The position numbers were made by a program, and so were the translations under genes. From the human T2T-CHM13v2.0 reference genome, Homo sapiens: a stretch of 64,000 nt of DNA. Of this stretch, positions 1 through 15,375 are shown piece after piece (the first letter of the stretch is position 1; each line of letters opens with the position of its first letter). The stretch is from the NCBI RefSeq assembly GCF_009914755.1, contig NC_060932.1. One strand, written 5' to 3'. The notes under the pieces were generated by a model, which saw only the letters and a list, made by a program, of their open reading frames with translations, was not told the origin of the DNA and searched no databases.

Positions 1-292
1 TAGTGGATTAATAGGTTAATACATTAATGGGTTATAATGGGAGTGGTACTGGTGGCTTTTTAAGAAGTAGAAGAGAGACCTGAGCTAGCATAGTCAGCCC
101 CGTTGCTATGGGATGCCCTGTGTGGCCTTGAGATGCTGCAGAGAGTTCCCACCAGCAAGAAGGGTCTCACCAGATGTGGTCCCTTGACCTTGGACTTCCC
201 AGCCTCCTGAACTGTAAGAAACACATTTGTTTCTTTATAAATTATCCAGTTTCAGGTATTCTGTTATAATCAACAGAAAACAGATTAAGATA
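1..292 (+). mobile_element. MaLR solo LTR (MST-type), 3' part; runs off the left edge
   Basis: GAGACCTGAGCTAGCA...ACCAGATGTGGTCCCTTGACCTTGGACTTCCCAGCC...AACAGATTAAGATA MaLR 3' end. Closely resembles the copy at 45833-46254. Confidence 0.85.
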
Positions 293-394
293 GATAGGTA
301 GAGTCTTAGATACCTTTCTGAGTAGCCTTAATTCTTGGCTTGAGGCAACAATTACTTTTAATTGCAATGTAGAAATTTTTATTTAAAGTCCAAA

Positions 395-575
395 GACTGG
401 AGTTTGATTCCTAGACTTGACATTATTTTTTGGATGACATTTATGAGTCATTTAAGACCCAGTTTCTGCATATGTAAAATAAGAATTACATATTTAATAA
501 TAATAATGTCTTCATGGACTATTGTGAAAAATCAGTGAGATACTATATGTGATGGTGTTTTGTAGACTGTGACTA
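395..575 (+). mobile_element. MIR SINE remnant
   Basis: Degenerate MIR core CAGTTTCTGCATATGTAAAAT...TTGTGAAAAATCAGTGAGATA. Confidence 0.6.
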
Positions 576-718
576 TCCCTGAAATTTTCTGTTTTTGATA
601 TTCTTTCACCAAGATAGTATTTTTTGAACTTGATTTTGATGTTGTTATTATATCTTTGTAAAATTACTTCCACATGTACGAGATAGCAACAATCATATAA
701 AAAAATTTAGAATTATAT

Positions 719-2424
719 TAATGACAGGGGCGGCCCATCTGGAATGGCCACTGTGAAGAAGTGGGTTGCAGCGGGGGAGGTGTGGCTGGGGCTGCCCTGT
801 TCTGCAGAGCCAGCAGGAGCAGGTGGGAGCCCTGCCCCCTACTGAGTCAGTGGGAGACCTGTGCTCCTGGGCGCAGATGTAGCTGCCCAGCTGCAGCTCT
901 AGACCTGGGCATCCCTGCACTCGCAGGGGCCCAGGAAGCCCCCTTCCCCCCACAGGCTTGGAAGTGTCTGCTCCTGCTTTCTAGTCTCTCCCCGCTCCTG
1001 GCGCCTTCTCTGGTGTGGAGCAAAGTTGTAGCCAAGCCTGGGTGCTATTGTGACCTGGCTGGGTGTGTGTGCATTCAGAGAGGCACAAACATGCCAGCCC
1101 CCTGCAACCTTGGCTCCCTCTAGACTTTGGGTACTGACAAGCGTGGGAGGGAGGCTGGTGGGGGCTGAGGGTGGCTCTGTGCAGGTCTGCAGGTGCCCCT
1201 TGGCACGAGGAGCCTGGGCGCTGTGGATGGCATGTTGATGGTAGCAGGAGGCAGACAGGTTCCTGGTGGAAAAGGGCAGGTTCCCAGTGAAGCCCCACCT
1301 TCTAGCCAGGGGCAGCCTGAAGCCTGGAGGCCAGGCTGTCAGTTCTGGGTAGAATCCACTGCCCAGATGAGAATTTATGGTGCTTTTTCCAGGCTTGCCC
1401 ATGGCTGCCCATGGACCAATCAGCATGCACTTCCTCCCTTCTGAGCCCACAAAAACCCCAGACTCAGCCAGACTCACACAGACATTGGGACTACAAGCTC
1501 TGGGGAGGAGCTACCTACTTCAGGTCTCCTCAACTCTTCAGGATGACCTGCCTGCATAAAGGAGCTACCCACCATAGGTCTCCTCTGTGCTGAGAGCTGG
1601 ACACTTACCTGGACAACCTGCCTGTGGAAAGGAGCTACCCACCATGGGTCTCCTCTCTGCTGAGAGCTGGACATTCATCAGGATGACCTGCCTACAGAAA
1701 GTAGCTACCCAAAGGAGTGACCCACTTCAGGTCTCCTGAGAGTTGTTCTGTCACTCAGTGAAGATCTTCTCTGCATTGCTCACCCTCCAGTTGTTTGTGT
1801 ACCTCACTCTTCCTGGATGTGGGACAAGAACTTGGGGCCTGCTGAATGGTGGGACTGAAAGAGCTGTAATACAAACGGGGCTGAAACATGCTCCATGCCT
1901 GCCACATTGTGGGTGACGAGAAGGAGAGAAGAGCTGCGGCCCTTCTGGGAGTCTAGACCTCAGGGCTCCCCAAGCCAGGGCTGTGAACATACTGTAACAC
2001 CCTCTTTGGAGTTCTGTGGTTACCTGTGCCTCCAAGCTTTCAGGTGCCACCAAATTCCCTTTGTCTAGATGTTGCTGCCTGCAGCAGAAGCTACTTGTGG
2101 TACATTTGGTCCAGCCACAGCCTCACATGGAGTCGGCATCTGTGCCAGTGCCTGGAGCTGCCCCCATGCCTCACCTGGCATGCCTGGCTGTGCACAGTGG
2201 CTGGACCCATGCTTGCTCACTCACACACCTCTCACCACTCTGTGCCTGGCTCACCCTTGGCAGGCATGGGATCCAGGCCAGTAGTGTGAGTTGAGCGCAG
2301 CTTGCCAGGCCGTTTGGGTGGAACGAACCGAGCAGGTGCAAGCAAACCCCAAGCAGAGGCATGGCTGGCCACAGAGGGTTTCTGGCTGGTGACAGACCAG
2401 CCACCCTAGGGTATCACTGTGACT
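719..2424 (+). mobile_element. ERV1 solo LTR, MER52A-like (~1.7 kb, GC-rich)
   Basis: Sharp GC-rich block starting TAATGACAGGGGCGGCCCATCTGGA, with internal GGAGCTACCCAC...GGTCTCCTCT..GCTGAGAGCTG repeats typical of MER52. Flanks ATAT/ATAA fit a decayed 4-bp TSD. Confidence 0.8.
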
Positions 2425-3739
2425 ATAAGACAAGTAGGTTTAATCCTTTTGCATATAACATCTTAGTTTTTCATTAGACTGTTGCGTGTTGTGTTTATTC
2501 CTGATATTTAGAAAATATAATCTACTGAGACTGTTAAATACAAGTAGTGATTAGATCAGGAATAAGGCTTAAATTGCAAATTATTTTCTGGGATTTGGAA
2601 GTATGTATAAATGCGTGTGTGTGTGTGGTGTGTGTATGCATGAATGCACTTATGTGCATGGTAGGATTTCATCAAATATTTATTGATAAATATTATTTCT
2701 CTTATTTTTTTCTGGACTATAGAGCCCCTTTAGTTATTGTTGCTTTAAGGTTAAACAATGGTTTTATTTATAGTTTTGTTTTGTGTCTGGCAGTGTGTCT
2801 TGCTAACTAGAAATATGAGGTCATATAAATTAGGGATTGCATTTCTATGTTGCTCTGTGAACTCTGCGTAGAATGTCTAGGGGTTTCTATTAGCAGCAGA
2901 ATACTGTTACTTTTTCTGAGCTCCTAGAGAAGTGAATGGAGTATATTTTTTTCCCTAGGAAAATCATCTGATTCCACTTTGGGAGCAATAAATCAATCCA
3001 TCAGCATGTGCTTTGGAGGGCTGTCTGTGTATTCAGTAATGTTCTGGGATAAGTCTTAATAAATATCTGTTAAATAACTGATTGGTTACCACTCCAGAGG
3101 AGTGATTTAGGTTTTCTTGGTATCTGTAGATGTACATCTTTTTTAAAAATTGCAGGTAAAATAACTTTTTTTTCATTCTCCAAGGATATGAAGATTGCCA
3201 CTGGAGTCTGCTCTTCCTTTTAGAAAACAGCTTTCTTGATATATAATTCATACAATTCAACTGTTTAAAGTATAAAATTCAATGGTTTTTAGCCTAGTCA
3301 TTAAAATAGACTAAAACCATTAAACTTTTCTAATCTTTAACTATCACCACAATTAACTTTAGAACATTTTCATTACCTACAAAAATAAACTGTTACTTTT
3401 ATCCTTTCTGTGATGGTTAATTTTATGTGTCAATTTGGCTGGGCCATGATGCCCAGGTAAGTGGTCAAAAATGTTGTACTGGATATTTCTGTGTAGATGT
3501 TTTTGGATGAGATTAATATTTAAACGAATGGACTTGGAGCAAAACATATTGCTCTCTGTAGTGTGGTTGGGCCTCATCTACTCAGTTGAACATGTGAATA
3601 GAGCAGATGACTTATCTACCTCAAGGAAGAGAGAATTCTGGCCTTCCGACTTGAACTGCAGTATTGGCTCATGCTATGTATAGCTTGCTGGCCCACCCTG
3701 CTGATTTTGGGCTTGCCAGCCTCCATAATTGTGATAGTT

Positions 3740-4033
3740 ATTATTATTTTTGAGATGGAATCTCACTCTGTCGCACAGGCTGGAGTGCAGTGGCGCGATT
3801 CGGCTCACTGCAGCCTCCGCCTCCTGGGGGTTTAAGGGATTCTCCCGCCTCAGCCTCCCAAGTAGCTGGGATTACAGGCACCTGCTACCATGGCTGGCTA
3901 ATTTTTGTATTTTTAGTAGAAATGGGGTTTCACCATGTTGGCCAGGCTGTCTTGAACTCCTGACCTCAAGTGATCTACCTGACTCAGCCTCCCAAATTTC
4001 TGGGATTACAGGTGTGAGCCACCGTGCCCGGCC
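3740..4033 (-). mobile_element. Alu (AluS-type)
   Basis: Reverse-complement Alu dimer ending CCACCGTGCCCGGCC, with TGTGATA(G/A)TT duplicated on both sides. Confidence 0.95.
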
Positions 4034-4613
4034 TGTGATAATTTTAGGTGTCAACTTGACTGGGTAAAGGGATACCCAGATACCTGGTAAAGCATTATTT
4101 CTGGGTGTGGTTGTGAGGCTACTTCTTGAAGAGATTGACATTTGAATCAGTGGACTAAGTAAGGAAGATGTACCCTCACCCAATATGGGTAGGTACCATA
4201 CGATCATTTGAGGGCCTGGATGGAACAAAAAGGCAGAGGAAAGGTGATTTGCCGTTTCTTCTTGAGCTGAGACATCTACCTCCTCCTGCCCTTGGACACC
4301 AGAACTTCAAGTTCTCTGGACTTTGGACTCTGAGAGTTTTAACAAAACCTCCACACCTGCTCTGTCACCCCATATTCTGAGGTCTTTGGGCTCGAAGTAA
4401 AAGTTATACCATCAGTTTCCCTTGTTCTCACACCTTTGAACTTGGACTGAGCCATGCCACCAGCTTCCTTGGTTTTCCAGTTTGCAGACATAATATTGTG
4501 GGACTTCTCAGCTTCCATAATCACATGAACCAATTCCCATAATAAAGCCCGTCTCATGTATCTCTCTTTATATCCTATTGGTTCTGTTTCTGTGGAGAAC
4601 CCTGACTAATACA
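4034..4613 (+). mobile_element. ERVL solo LTR (MLT2B-like, inner)
   Basis: TGTGATAATTTTAGGTGTCAACTTGACTGG ... GGAGAACCCTGACTAATACA canonical MLT2 ends. Confidence 0.85.
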
Positions 4614-4870
4614 TTTGTGTAAGCCAATTCCTTGAAGCAAATCTATGTATTCATCCAATTGATTTTTTTGTCTTTGGAGACATGATTAATACAACTCTCA
4701 CTCCTCCACCCCATTTTCCCTCTCACTGATTCTGGTCCTAAGCAACCACAATCTGCCTTCTGTTTATAGATTTCCCTGTTCTGGACTTTCATATGAATGG
4801 AATCATATAGGATATGGTCTTTTGTGACTGGCTTCTTTAAAACACAACATTTAAAAATTTCGATGAAGTC

Positions 4871-8532
<3,662 letters not shown>

Positions 8533-10155
8533 AAGATTTTGGTTTCATATTCAAAAAGGTCATAAAGATTTGCTCCTATGTTTTCTTCTAAGACTTTTAT
8601 AATATATGCATTAGATTTACATTTAGGTCTTTGATCTATTTGGAGTTGATTTGAGTGTGAGATAAGTGTTTATTCTTTATTCCTTTGCCTATGGCTATCC
8701 AGTTACCCCCGTACCATTTGTTGAAAAGATATTCTTTATTCATTGACTAGTCTTGGCACCCTTATTGAAAATCAGTTGACCTTAGATACATGGATGTATT
8801 TCTGGCCTCTCAATTCTGTTCGACTACTCTATATATCTGTTCTTTTGTCAGTACTACACTGTTGATTACTGTTGCTTTATAGTAAGTTTTGAAATTGGGA
8901 AATGTGATTCCTCAGTTTATTATTCATTTTCAGCATTATTTTAATTGTCCAGACTCCCTTGCAATTTCATATGAATTTTAGAATCAGCTTGTCACTTTCT
9001 ACAGAGAAATTAGCTAGGATTCTGATAGGGCTTGCATTGAATCTATGGATCAGTTTGGGGAATATTGCCATTTAAGCAGTGTTGAATATTTTGGTCCATG
9101 AACATGAGATGTTTTTCCATTTATTTAGATGTTTTGTTTCTTTCAACAATGTTTTTATAGATTTCAGAGTATAAGTTTTGTACTTCTGTTAAATTTATTA
9201 CTAAGTGTTATATCCTTTTTGATGCTACTGTGAATAGAATTGTTTTCTTAATTTCATTTTTGGATTGCTCATTGCAAATGTATAGACATACTATTGATTT
9301 TTGTATATTAATCTTGAAGTCTTGCTGAACTTATTCACTAGCGCCAATAGTTTTTGGGCTACTTTAAGATTTCTACATATAAGATCATGTCATCTGCAAA
9401 TAGAGATCATTTTCCTTCTCTTCCAATTTGGATACCTTTTATTTCTTTTCCTTGTTTAATGCCATGGCTAGATCCTCAGTATAAGGTCAAATAGAAGTGT
9501 TGAGGGTGGACATCCCTGTCTTGTGGCTTATCTTAAGGGGAAGCATCCAGTCTTGCACCACTAACTATGATGTTAACTGTGGATATTTATAGATGCTCTT
9601 TATTAGGTTGAGGAAATTTCCTCCTACTCCTATTTATTGAATGTTTTTATCATGAAAGGGTAATGGATTTTTTTTCAAATTCTTTTTCTGTGTCTATTGA
9701 GATAATCATGTGATTTTTGTTTTTTAGCTTACTTATATGACCTATTACATTATTTGAGTTTTGGATGTTTAGCTTTGAATTCTTGGTGAAATCTCATTTG
9801 GTTATGAATTTTCTCATTTCTCCTCTCCTTCTGATACTCCCTTTATGTGCATGTTGGTGCATTTAATGGTGTCCCATATTTCTGTGAGGGTCTGTTTATT
9901 TTTTCCTCATCATCTTTTTTTTCTCTCTGTTCCTTTGCATGCATAATCTCTGTCAATTTATCTTCCAGTTTGCAAGTTCTTTTTTCTTTCAGTTCAAACA
10001 TCCTGTTGAGACCTTCTAGCAAATAAATTATTTCAGTTATTACACTTTGCAACTCCAGAATTTTGATTTGGTTCCTTTTTAAAAAAATTTTTATTTATTG
10101 GTATTCTCTATTTGGTATAATATTGTCAATATATCTTTCTTTACTTCTTTCATCA

Positions 10156-10480
10156 TGTATGTATGTATGTATGTATGTATGCATGTATTTATTTATTTAT
10201 GACAGAGTCTTGCTCTGTCGCCCAGGCTGGCATGTGGTGCCGCAATCTCGGCTCACTGCAACCTCTGCCTCTGGGTTCAAGTGATTCTCCTGCCTTAGCC
10301 TCCCCAAGTAGCTGGGACTATAGGCACATGCCACCATGCCTGGCTAATTTTTGTATTTTTAGTAGAGACAGTATTTTGCCATGTTGGTCAGGCTGGTCTC
10401 AAACTCCTTACCTCAGGTGATCCGCCCACCTCAGCCTCCCAAAGTGCTGAGATTACAGGCGTGAGCCACCGTGCCCGGCT
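10156..10480 (-). mobile_element. Alu (AluS-type) with (ATGT)n(ATTT)n tail
   Basis: Full reverse Alu ending GTGCCCGGCT; tail has become a microsatellite. Confidence 0.95.
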
Positions 10481-13049
10481 GCTTTCCTTTATTTCTATAA
10501 TGGCTACTTTGAACTATTTTTCTGTTAAATCTGACATCTGGTTGTTTTGACAGGAAATTTATGTTGTCTGCTCTCCCACTTGCCAGAGAATGTATCCTAC
10601 TTTCCTGTTTCTTTGCTTGCCTCATAATTTTTTGTTGGTAACTATTTTTGATAATATGACTACTCTGGGCACTACCCTGGGACTGGTTATTGTTAGTTTC
10701 TTATTTATTTGTTTAGTGATTGGCTGGATTATTATAGTAAAGTCTCTCCCTTGTTCTCTCTGCTATATGACCCCTGCCCCTGATGTCGTTCCTTAGGGAG
10801 GCACAGCTTTGAGTATGCCTACAGTTAGCTTGGGATGACGGCAGCACCAGTAGGTCTCTCTCTCACTCTTACCCTGACCACACTTAGCTGGTAAACTCCA
10901 ATAATTGCCAGACTATTGCTCTATTGTTTATAATAACACCCTGGAATATAATTTTTTCTGTACACTAGTCCCATCAAATTGTGGTTCTTTGGACAGAAAA
11001 GTTTCTGAGGTCAATGTATAATATTTGTTTTTATGTTGACAGGGCTCCTTCCAGCTGTCTTATTCCCCAGTTCTTTCTTGCAAACTAGCTGTCTTTATAG
11101 TTTAGGCACCCATTTAATAATAACTTTTTAAAAAATATGGGATTACCCAGATAATGTGGAATCAGAGATGCTCTGGAAGACCCAGGTCCCAGTTCAGTTC
11201 TTTCTAAACATTGTCCTATGATACAATGGCAACGTTTTTGTCGTTCACAAATAACACCTGTATTTAGACATTGCTCTTTTAAGTCAGTCTTGATGACATA
11301 ATTTCTTTGATTTAAGATTAGAGTAGTTCAATAGCTAGCATTTTAAATTGTCACTCAGTGTTTATATTATCATCAACAGTGAAGCAGCAGGCATGGGCAG
11401 TGAAGTTACAGAGTAACAGCAAAGCTCTCCTTATATGGCCTTACCATACTGGCCCTTTACATGGAGCTGCCTGGTTGGTTTAGAGGCAGTCTCTAATGTG
11501 CTGGCCTGTGTTACTTGTGACCGTTTAGGATAAATTATGCAGAGGTCTACCTATTGTTCTGACGGGGAGGGATCCTTCAATAAAATTTCCCACTCTAAGC
11601 TATATTATGCAAATGACTATTTTAATTAAAAGCCTTGTTCCCCTTCTTTTTCATGGCTGGTTAGTGCCCGGACTATACAGGGACTTTCAAAAGTCTTCAG
11701 AGTAAAAAGTCTTTCCAGTTTTTCATCAAAAATGGGTTTGGTGTTTTGCTAGAATTTTCTTGCCAAATGTTTTCTATTTGGTAGAAAAGAATGCAAGCTT
11801 TTAATCATGGAATTTTTTAAAACAGCTCAGGCCCATGCAATATGCAACTGGATGTGCATTGGGCCAGGTACATTAGGTATTATTAATAGGACTCACTTTT
11901 CAGAAAATAATAGCTATTTTAAAAAGGGGGTGGAGAGAAAGGAAGGGAAGAAAAGGAAGAAAAAAGAGGAATAATTTTTCTAAGGATATAGTTTAGTTAC
12001 TGCATGCAGATGATTTTCCTCCTTTTTATTGTGAGATAGGTTTGGAAATAATCTGTCTGACAGATCATGCATCATGTTTGACCTTGTCATTTTAATACAA
12101 CAGTAAATAGAAAACAAATGTTTTTTTTTCTTTGAAGGTATGGTTATGACATCTTGCAGAAGTATTTTCAGTAGGTTAAATTAAAGATAATAAGCTATTT
12201 CTTCTTGTTTTGACTATTGTCATTGTGTAGGAGAGGGACTGCATTCCATGGACTTGTTTTAATTACCGTATTGGTATTTGCTGTGACATCTGGTGGCATT
12301 GGTGAGCTCACCTGATGGACCACAAAGTACTCTGATTTATGAACCCATAACTGGGGTTCCAATAAACATTTGTCAAAATAATGTATTAGTTCAAACCAAA
12401 GCCTTTTTTATTTATTCATATAAAAGAGCACTTAACTTTCAACAAAGAATTGCCTATCATCAAAAACACTCTATAAATGAATCAAATTTATGAAGACATT
12501 GTTCTAGAGGGTGATTGCTTAAAGACTACAGCTTATTTTAACCCTTTGAAGGATTTAGTGTTCTAACTTGTCTGTTTTGAGCATATTCTTTATATTTTTG
12601 TTTTCAAATAATGTATATTTTAATATTCACATGTGAAGTTACTTGTTACAGAATGAATCTAATGACCTTTAAAAATATTTATTCAGTTATCAAATTAGCG
12701 TATCTTCAGCAGTCATCATTCTGTAGCTATTTCAAATTCTGTTAGGACAACATTTTTTTTTACCCATTCTTATTCAGTTTACTCGTAAGTAAGAATAAAA
12801 CACACAGTATTCTCAAACTACTTTGTAAAGTGCTAAGGCTACTGATAAGGGAATTGTAGTCCATCTTTATTTGTAATATTCAGCTATTTTACCTATTTGC
12901 TCATTAACTGATTAGCATTGGTTTCTTTTGGGGTTAAATAAGATAGGTAATTTATACAGTATGTGCACCTTAGAGTCGTCACACTGGTAGAGTGAATTAT
13001 TACACAGCAGTTTGTGAGGCATTATTTTAATATTTAGTAGTCACTATGC

Positions 13050-14898
13050 CTTTTTTATTGGGGTAAAATATATGCAACATAAAACTTACTATTTTAACAA
13101 TTTTTGAAGGGTTTTGCTATGTTTCCCAGGCTAGCATCAAGTGATCCTCCTGCCACACAACCTTCCCCTTAGATGGGAGTACAGGCAGGTGCCACTATGC
13201 CTGGCACATTTTAGCCATTTTTATGTGTATAATTCAAGTACATTCACAATTATACAACCATCACCACTATCATTTCCTGAGCTTTTAAAAAAATTTATTT
13301 TAAGTTCAGGGGTACATGTGCAGGATATGCAGGTTTGTTACATAGGTAAGTGTGTGTCACAGGGGCTTGTACAGATTATTTAATCATCCAGGTATTAAGC
13401 CTAGTATCCATTGGTTATTTTTCCTGATCCTGTTCTTCCTCCCACCCTCTGCCTTCTGGTAGGCCCAGTGTGCATTGTTCCCCCTATGTGTCCATGTGTT
13501 CTCATCATTTAGCTCCCACTTACATGTGAGAACATGCAGTATTTGGTTTTCTGTTGCTGTGTTACTTTGCTAAAGATAATGGCCTCCAGCTCTATCCATG
13601 TTTCCGCAAAAGACATGATCTTATTCTTTTCTATGGCTGCATAATATTCCACAGTGCTTATGTACCACATTTTCTTCATCCAGTCGACCATTGATGGGCA
13701 TTTAGGTTGATTCCATGTCTTTGCTATTGTAAATAGTGCTGCAATGAACATACACATGCATGTGTCTTTATAGTAGAACAATTATGTTAATTTGGGTATA
13801 TACCCAGTAATGGGATTGCCTGGTTGAATGGTGTTTCTGTCTCTAGGTGTTTGAGGAATCACCACACTGTCTTCCACAATGGTTGAACTAATTTACACTC
13901 CCACCAACAGTGTAAAAGTGTTCTTTTTTCACCACAGCCTCACCAGCATTTTTTTTTGACTTTTTAATAAAAGCCACTCTGACTGGTGTGAGATGGTGTA
14001 TCATTGTGATTTCAATTTGCATTTCTCTAATGATCAGTGACACTGAGCTTTTTTTCACATGATTGTTGTTCGCACGTGTCTTCTTTTGAGAAGTGTCTGT
14101 TCACCCCACCTTTTAATGAGGCTGTTTGTTTTTTCTTGTAAATTTGTTTAAGTTCCTTATAGATGCTGGATATTAGACCTTTGTCAGATGCAGTTCGCAA
14201 ACATTTTCTTTCATTCTGTAAGCTGTCTGTTAACTCTGTTGATTTTTTTTTTCTGTGCAGAAGCTCTTTAGTTTAATTAGATCTCATTTTTCAATTTTTG
14301 CTTTTGTTGCAATTACTTTTGGCATCTTTGTCATGAAATCTTTGCCCATGCCCATATCCTGAATGGTATTGCCTAGGTTTTCTTCTAGAGTTTTTAGAGT
14401 TTTGGGTTTTACATGTAAGTCTTTAATCCATCTTGAGTTGGTTTTTGTATATGGTGTCAGGAAGGGGTCCAGTTTCAATTTTTTTTTTGCATATGGCTAG
14501 CCAGTTCTCCCAGCACCATTTATTAAATAGGGAATCCTTTCCCCTTTGCTTGTTTTTGTCAGGTTTGTTGAAGATCAGATAGTTGTAGGCGTGCGGTCTT
14601 ATTTCTTGGTTCTCTATTCTGTTCCATTGGTCTACGTGTCTGTTCTTGTACCAGTACCATGCTGTTTTGGTTACTGTAGCCCTGTAGTATAGTTTGAATT
14701 TGGGTAGTGTGATGCCTTCAGCTTTGTTATTTTTGATTAGGATTGCCTTGGGTATTTGGGCTTTTTTTTGGTTCCATATGAATTTTAAAATAGTTTTCTC
14801 TAGATTTGAACATTTTTAATCATCCCAAACAAAAACTATATAATCATTAAACAATCACTTTCCATTCCCTCTTTTTCCAGCCCCTGGTAACTTCTGTT
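13050..14898 (-). mobile_element. Old L1M 3' end, interrupted by an Alu monomer (~13109-13206) and an L1PA
   Basis: TTTTATTGGGGTAAAATATATGCAACATAAA...CATCACCACTATC, resuming at ~14803 as GAACATTTTTAATCATCCCAAAC...CCAGCCCCTGGTAAC. Confidence 0.7.
13293..14802 (-). mobile_element. 5'-truncated L1PA (older, ~PA11-PA15)
   Basis: 3'UTR TTTTAAGTTCAGGGGTACATGTGCAGGAT...CCAGGTATTAAGCCTAGTA; ORF2 C-terminal peptides ([19 protein letters not shown]) on the minus strand. Confidence 0.9.
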
Positions 14899-14899
14899 C

Positions 14900-15174
14900 C
14901 AGGAGTCACCAACCCCTGGGCAACGGACTGCCAGTTCGTGGCATATTAGCAACTGGGCTGCACAGTAGGATGTGAGCAGAGGGCAAGTGAGCATTACCAC
15001 CTGAGCTCCACCTTCTGTCCCATAAGCCACAGCATTAGATTCTCATAGGAGCATGAACCATATTGTGAACAGATCCAGATTGTCTGCTCCTTATGAGAAT
15101 CTAAAGCCAGATGATCTAAGGTGGAACAATGTTATCCTGAAACCATTCCCTCACCTCACCTGCATCCATGGAAT
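14900..15174 (+). mobile_element. hAT-Charlie non-autonomous DNA transposon (MER1B-like), 3' end missing
   Basis: CAGGAGTCACCAACCCC left TIR-like start; internal inverted pair TTAGATTCTCATAGGAGC / GCTCCTTATGAGAATCTAA typical of MER1. Confidence 0.8.
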
Positions 15175-15269
15175 TTATTTAAAGTGTCATTCTTTCTGTT
15201 CAGTAATGCAGTCATCTTAAGTTATGGTATTTTTTGAAAATAATAATATATAAAGAGGTTAGTTTCAGC

Positions 15270-15375
15270 TGTTCATGTCAACAAATATTTAAAGAGAACT
15301 AATTTTGTTCTAGGTGCAGTGCTAGCCACTGATGTCCTAAAGATAAATAAGATATCCCTAAATTTAAGGGACCCT
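15270..15375 (-). mobile_element. L2 3'-end remnant
   Basis: TCAACAAATATTTA...CTAGGTGCAGTGCTAG...AAGATAAATAAGATA degenerate L2 tail. Confidence 0.5.

Larger units (their letters stand above)
3409..4693 (+). mobile_element. ERVL solo LTR (MLT2, outer), interrupted by a second MLT2 and an Alu
   Basis: Starts TGTGATGGTTAATTTTATGTGTCAA, breaks after CTCCATAAT (3729), resumes TGTGTAAGCCAATTCC (~4616) and ends ATTAATACA. Confidence 0.8.

Noticed and set aside
1505-1745. Regularly spaced repeats resembling a CRISPR array (also 56500-56955)
   Set aside because: Whole units are homologous, with no unique spacers. The context is a eukaryotic retroelement with no cas genes.
693-2433. Dense overlapping ORFs up to 192 aa
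   Set aside because: All lie in the GC-rich MER52-like LTR, where stops are rare. No domain or splice structure is recognisable.
11830-11866. GGCCCATGCA...TGCATTGGGCC hairpin as a pre-miRNA
   Set aside because: The stem is only about 10 bp with a bulge, too short for a Drosha substrate.
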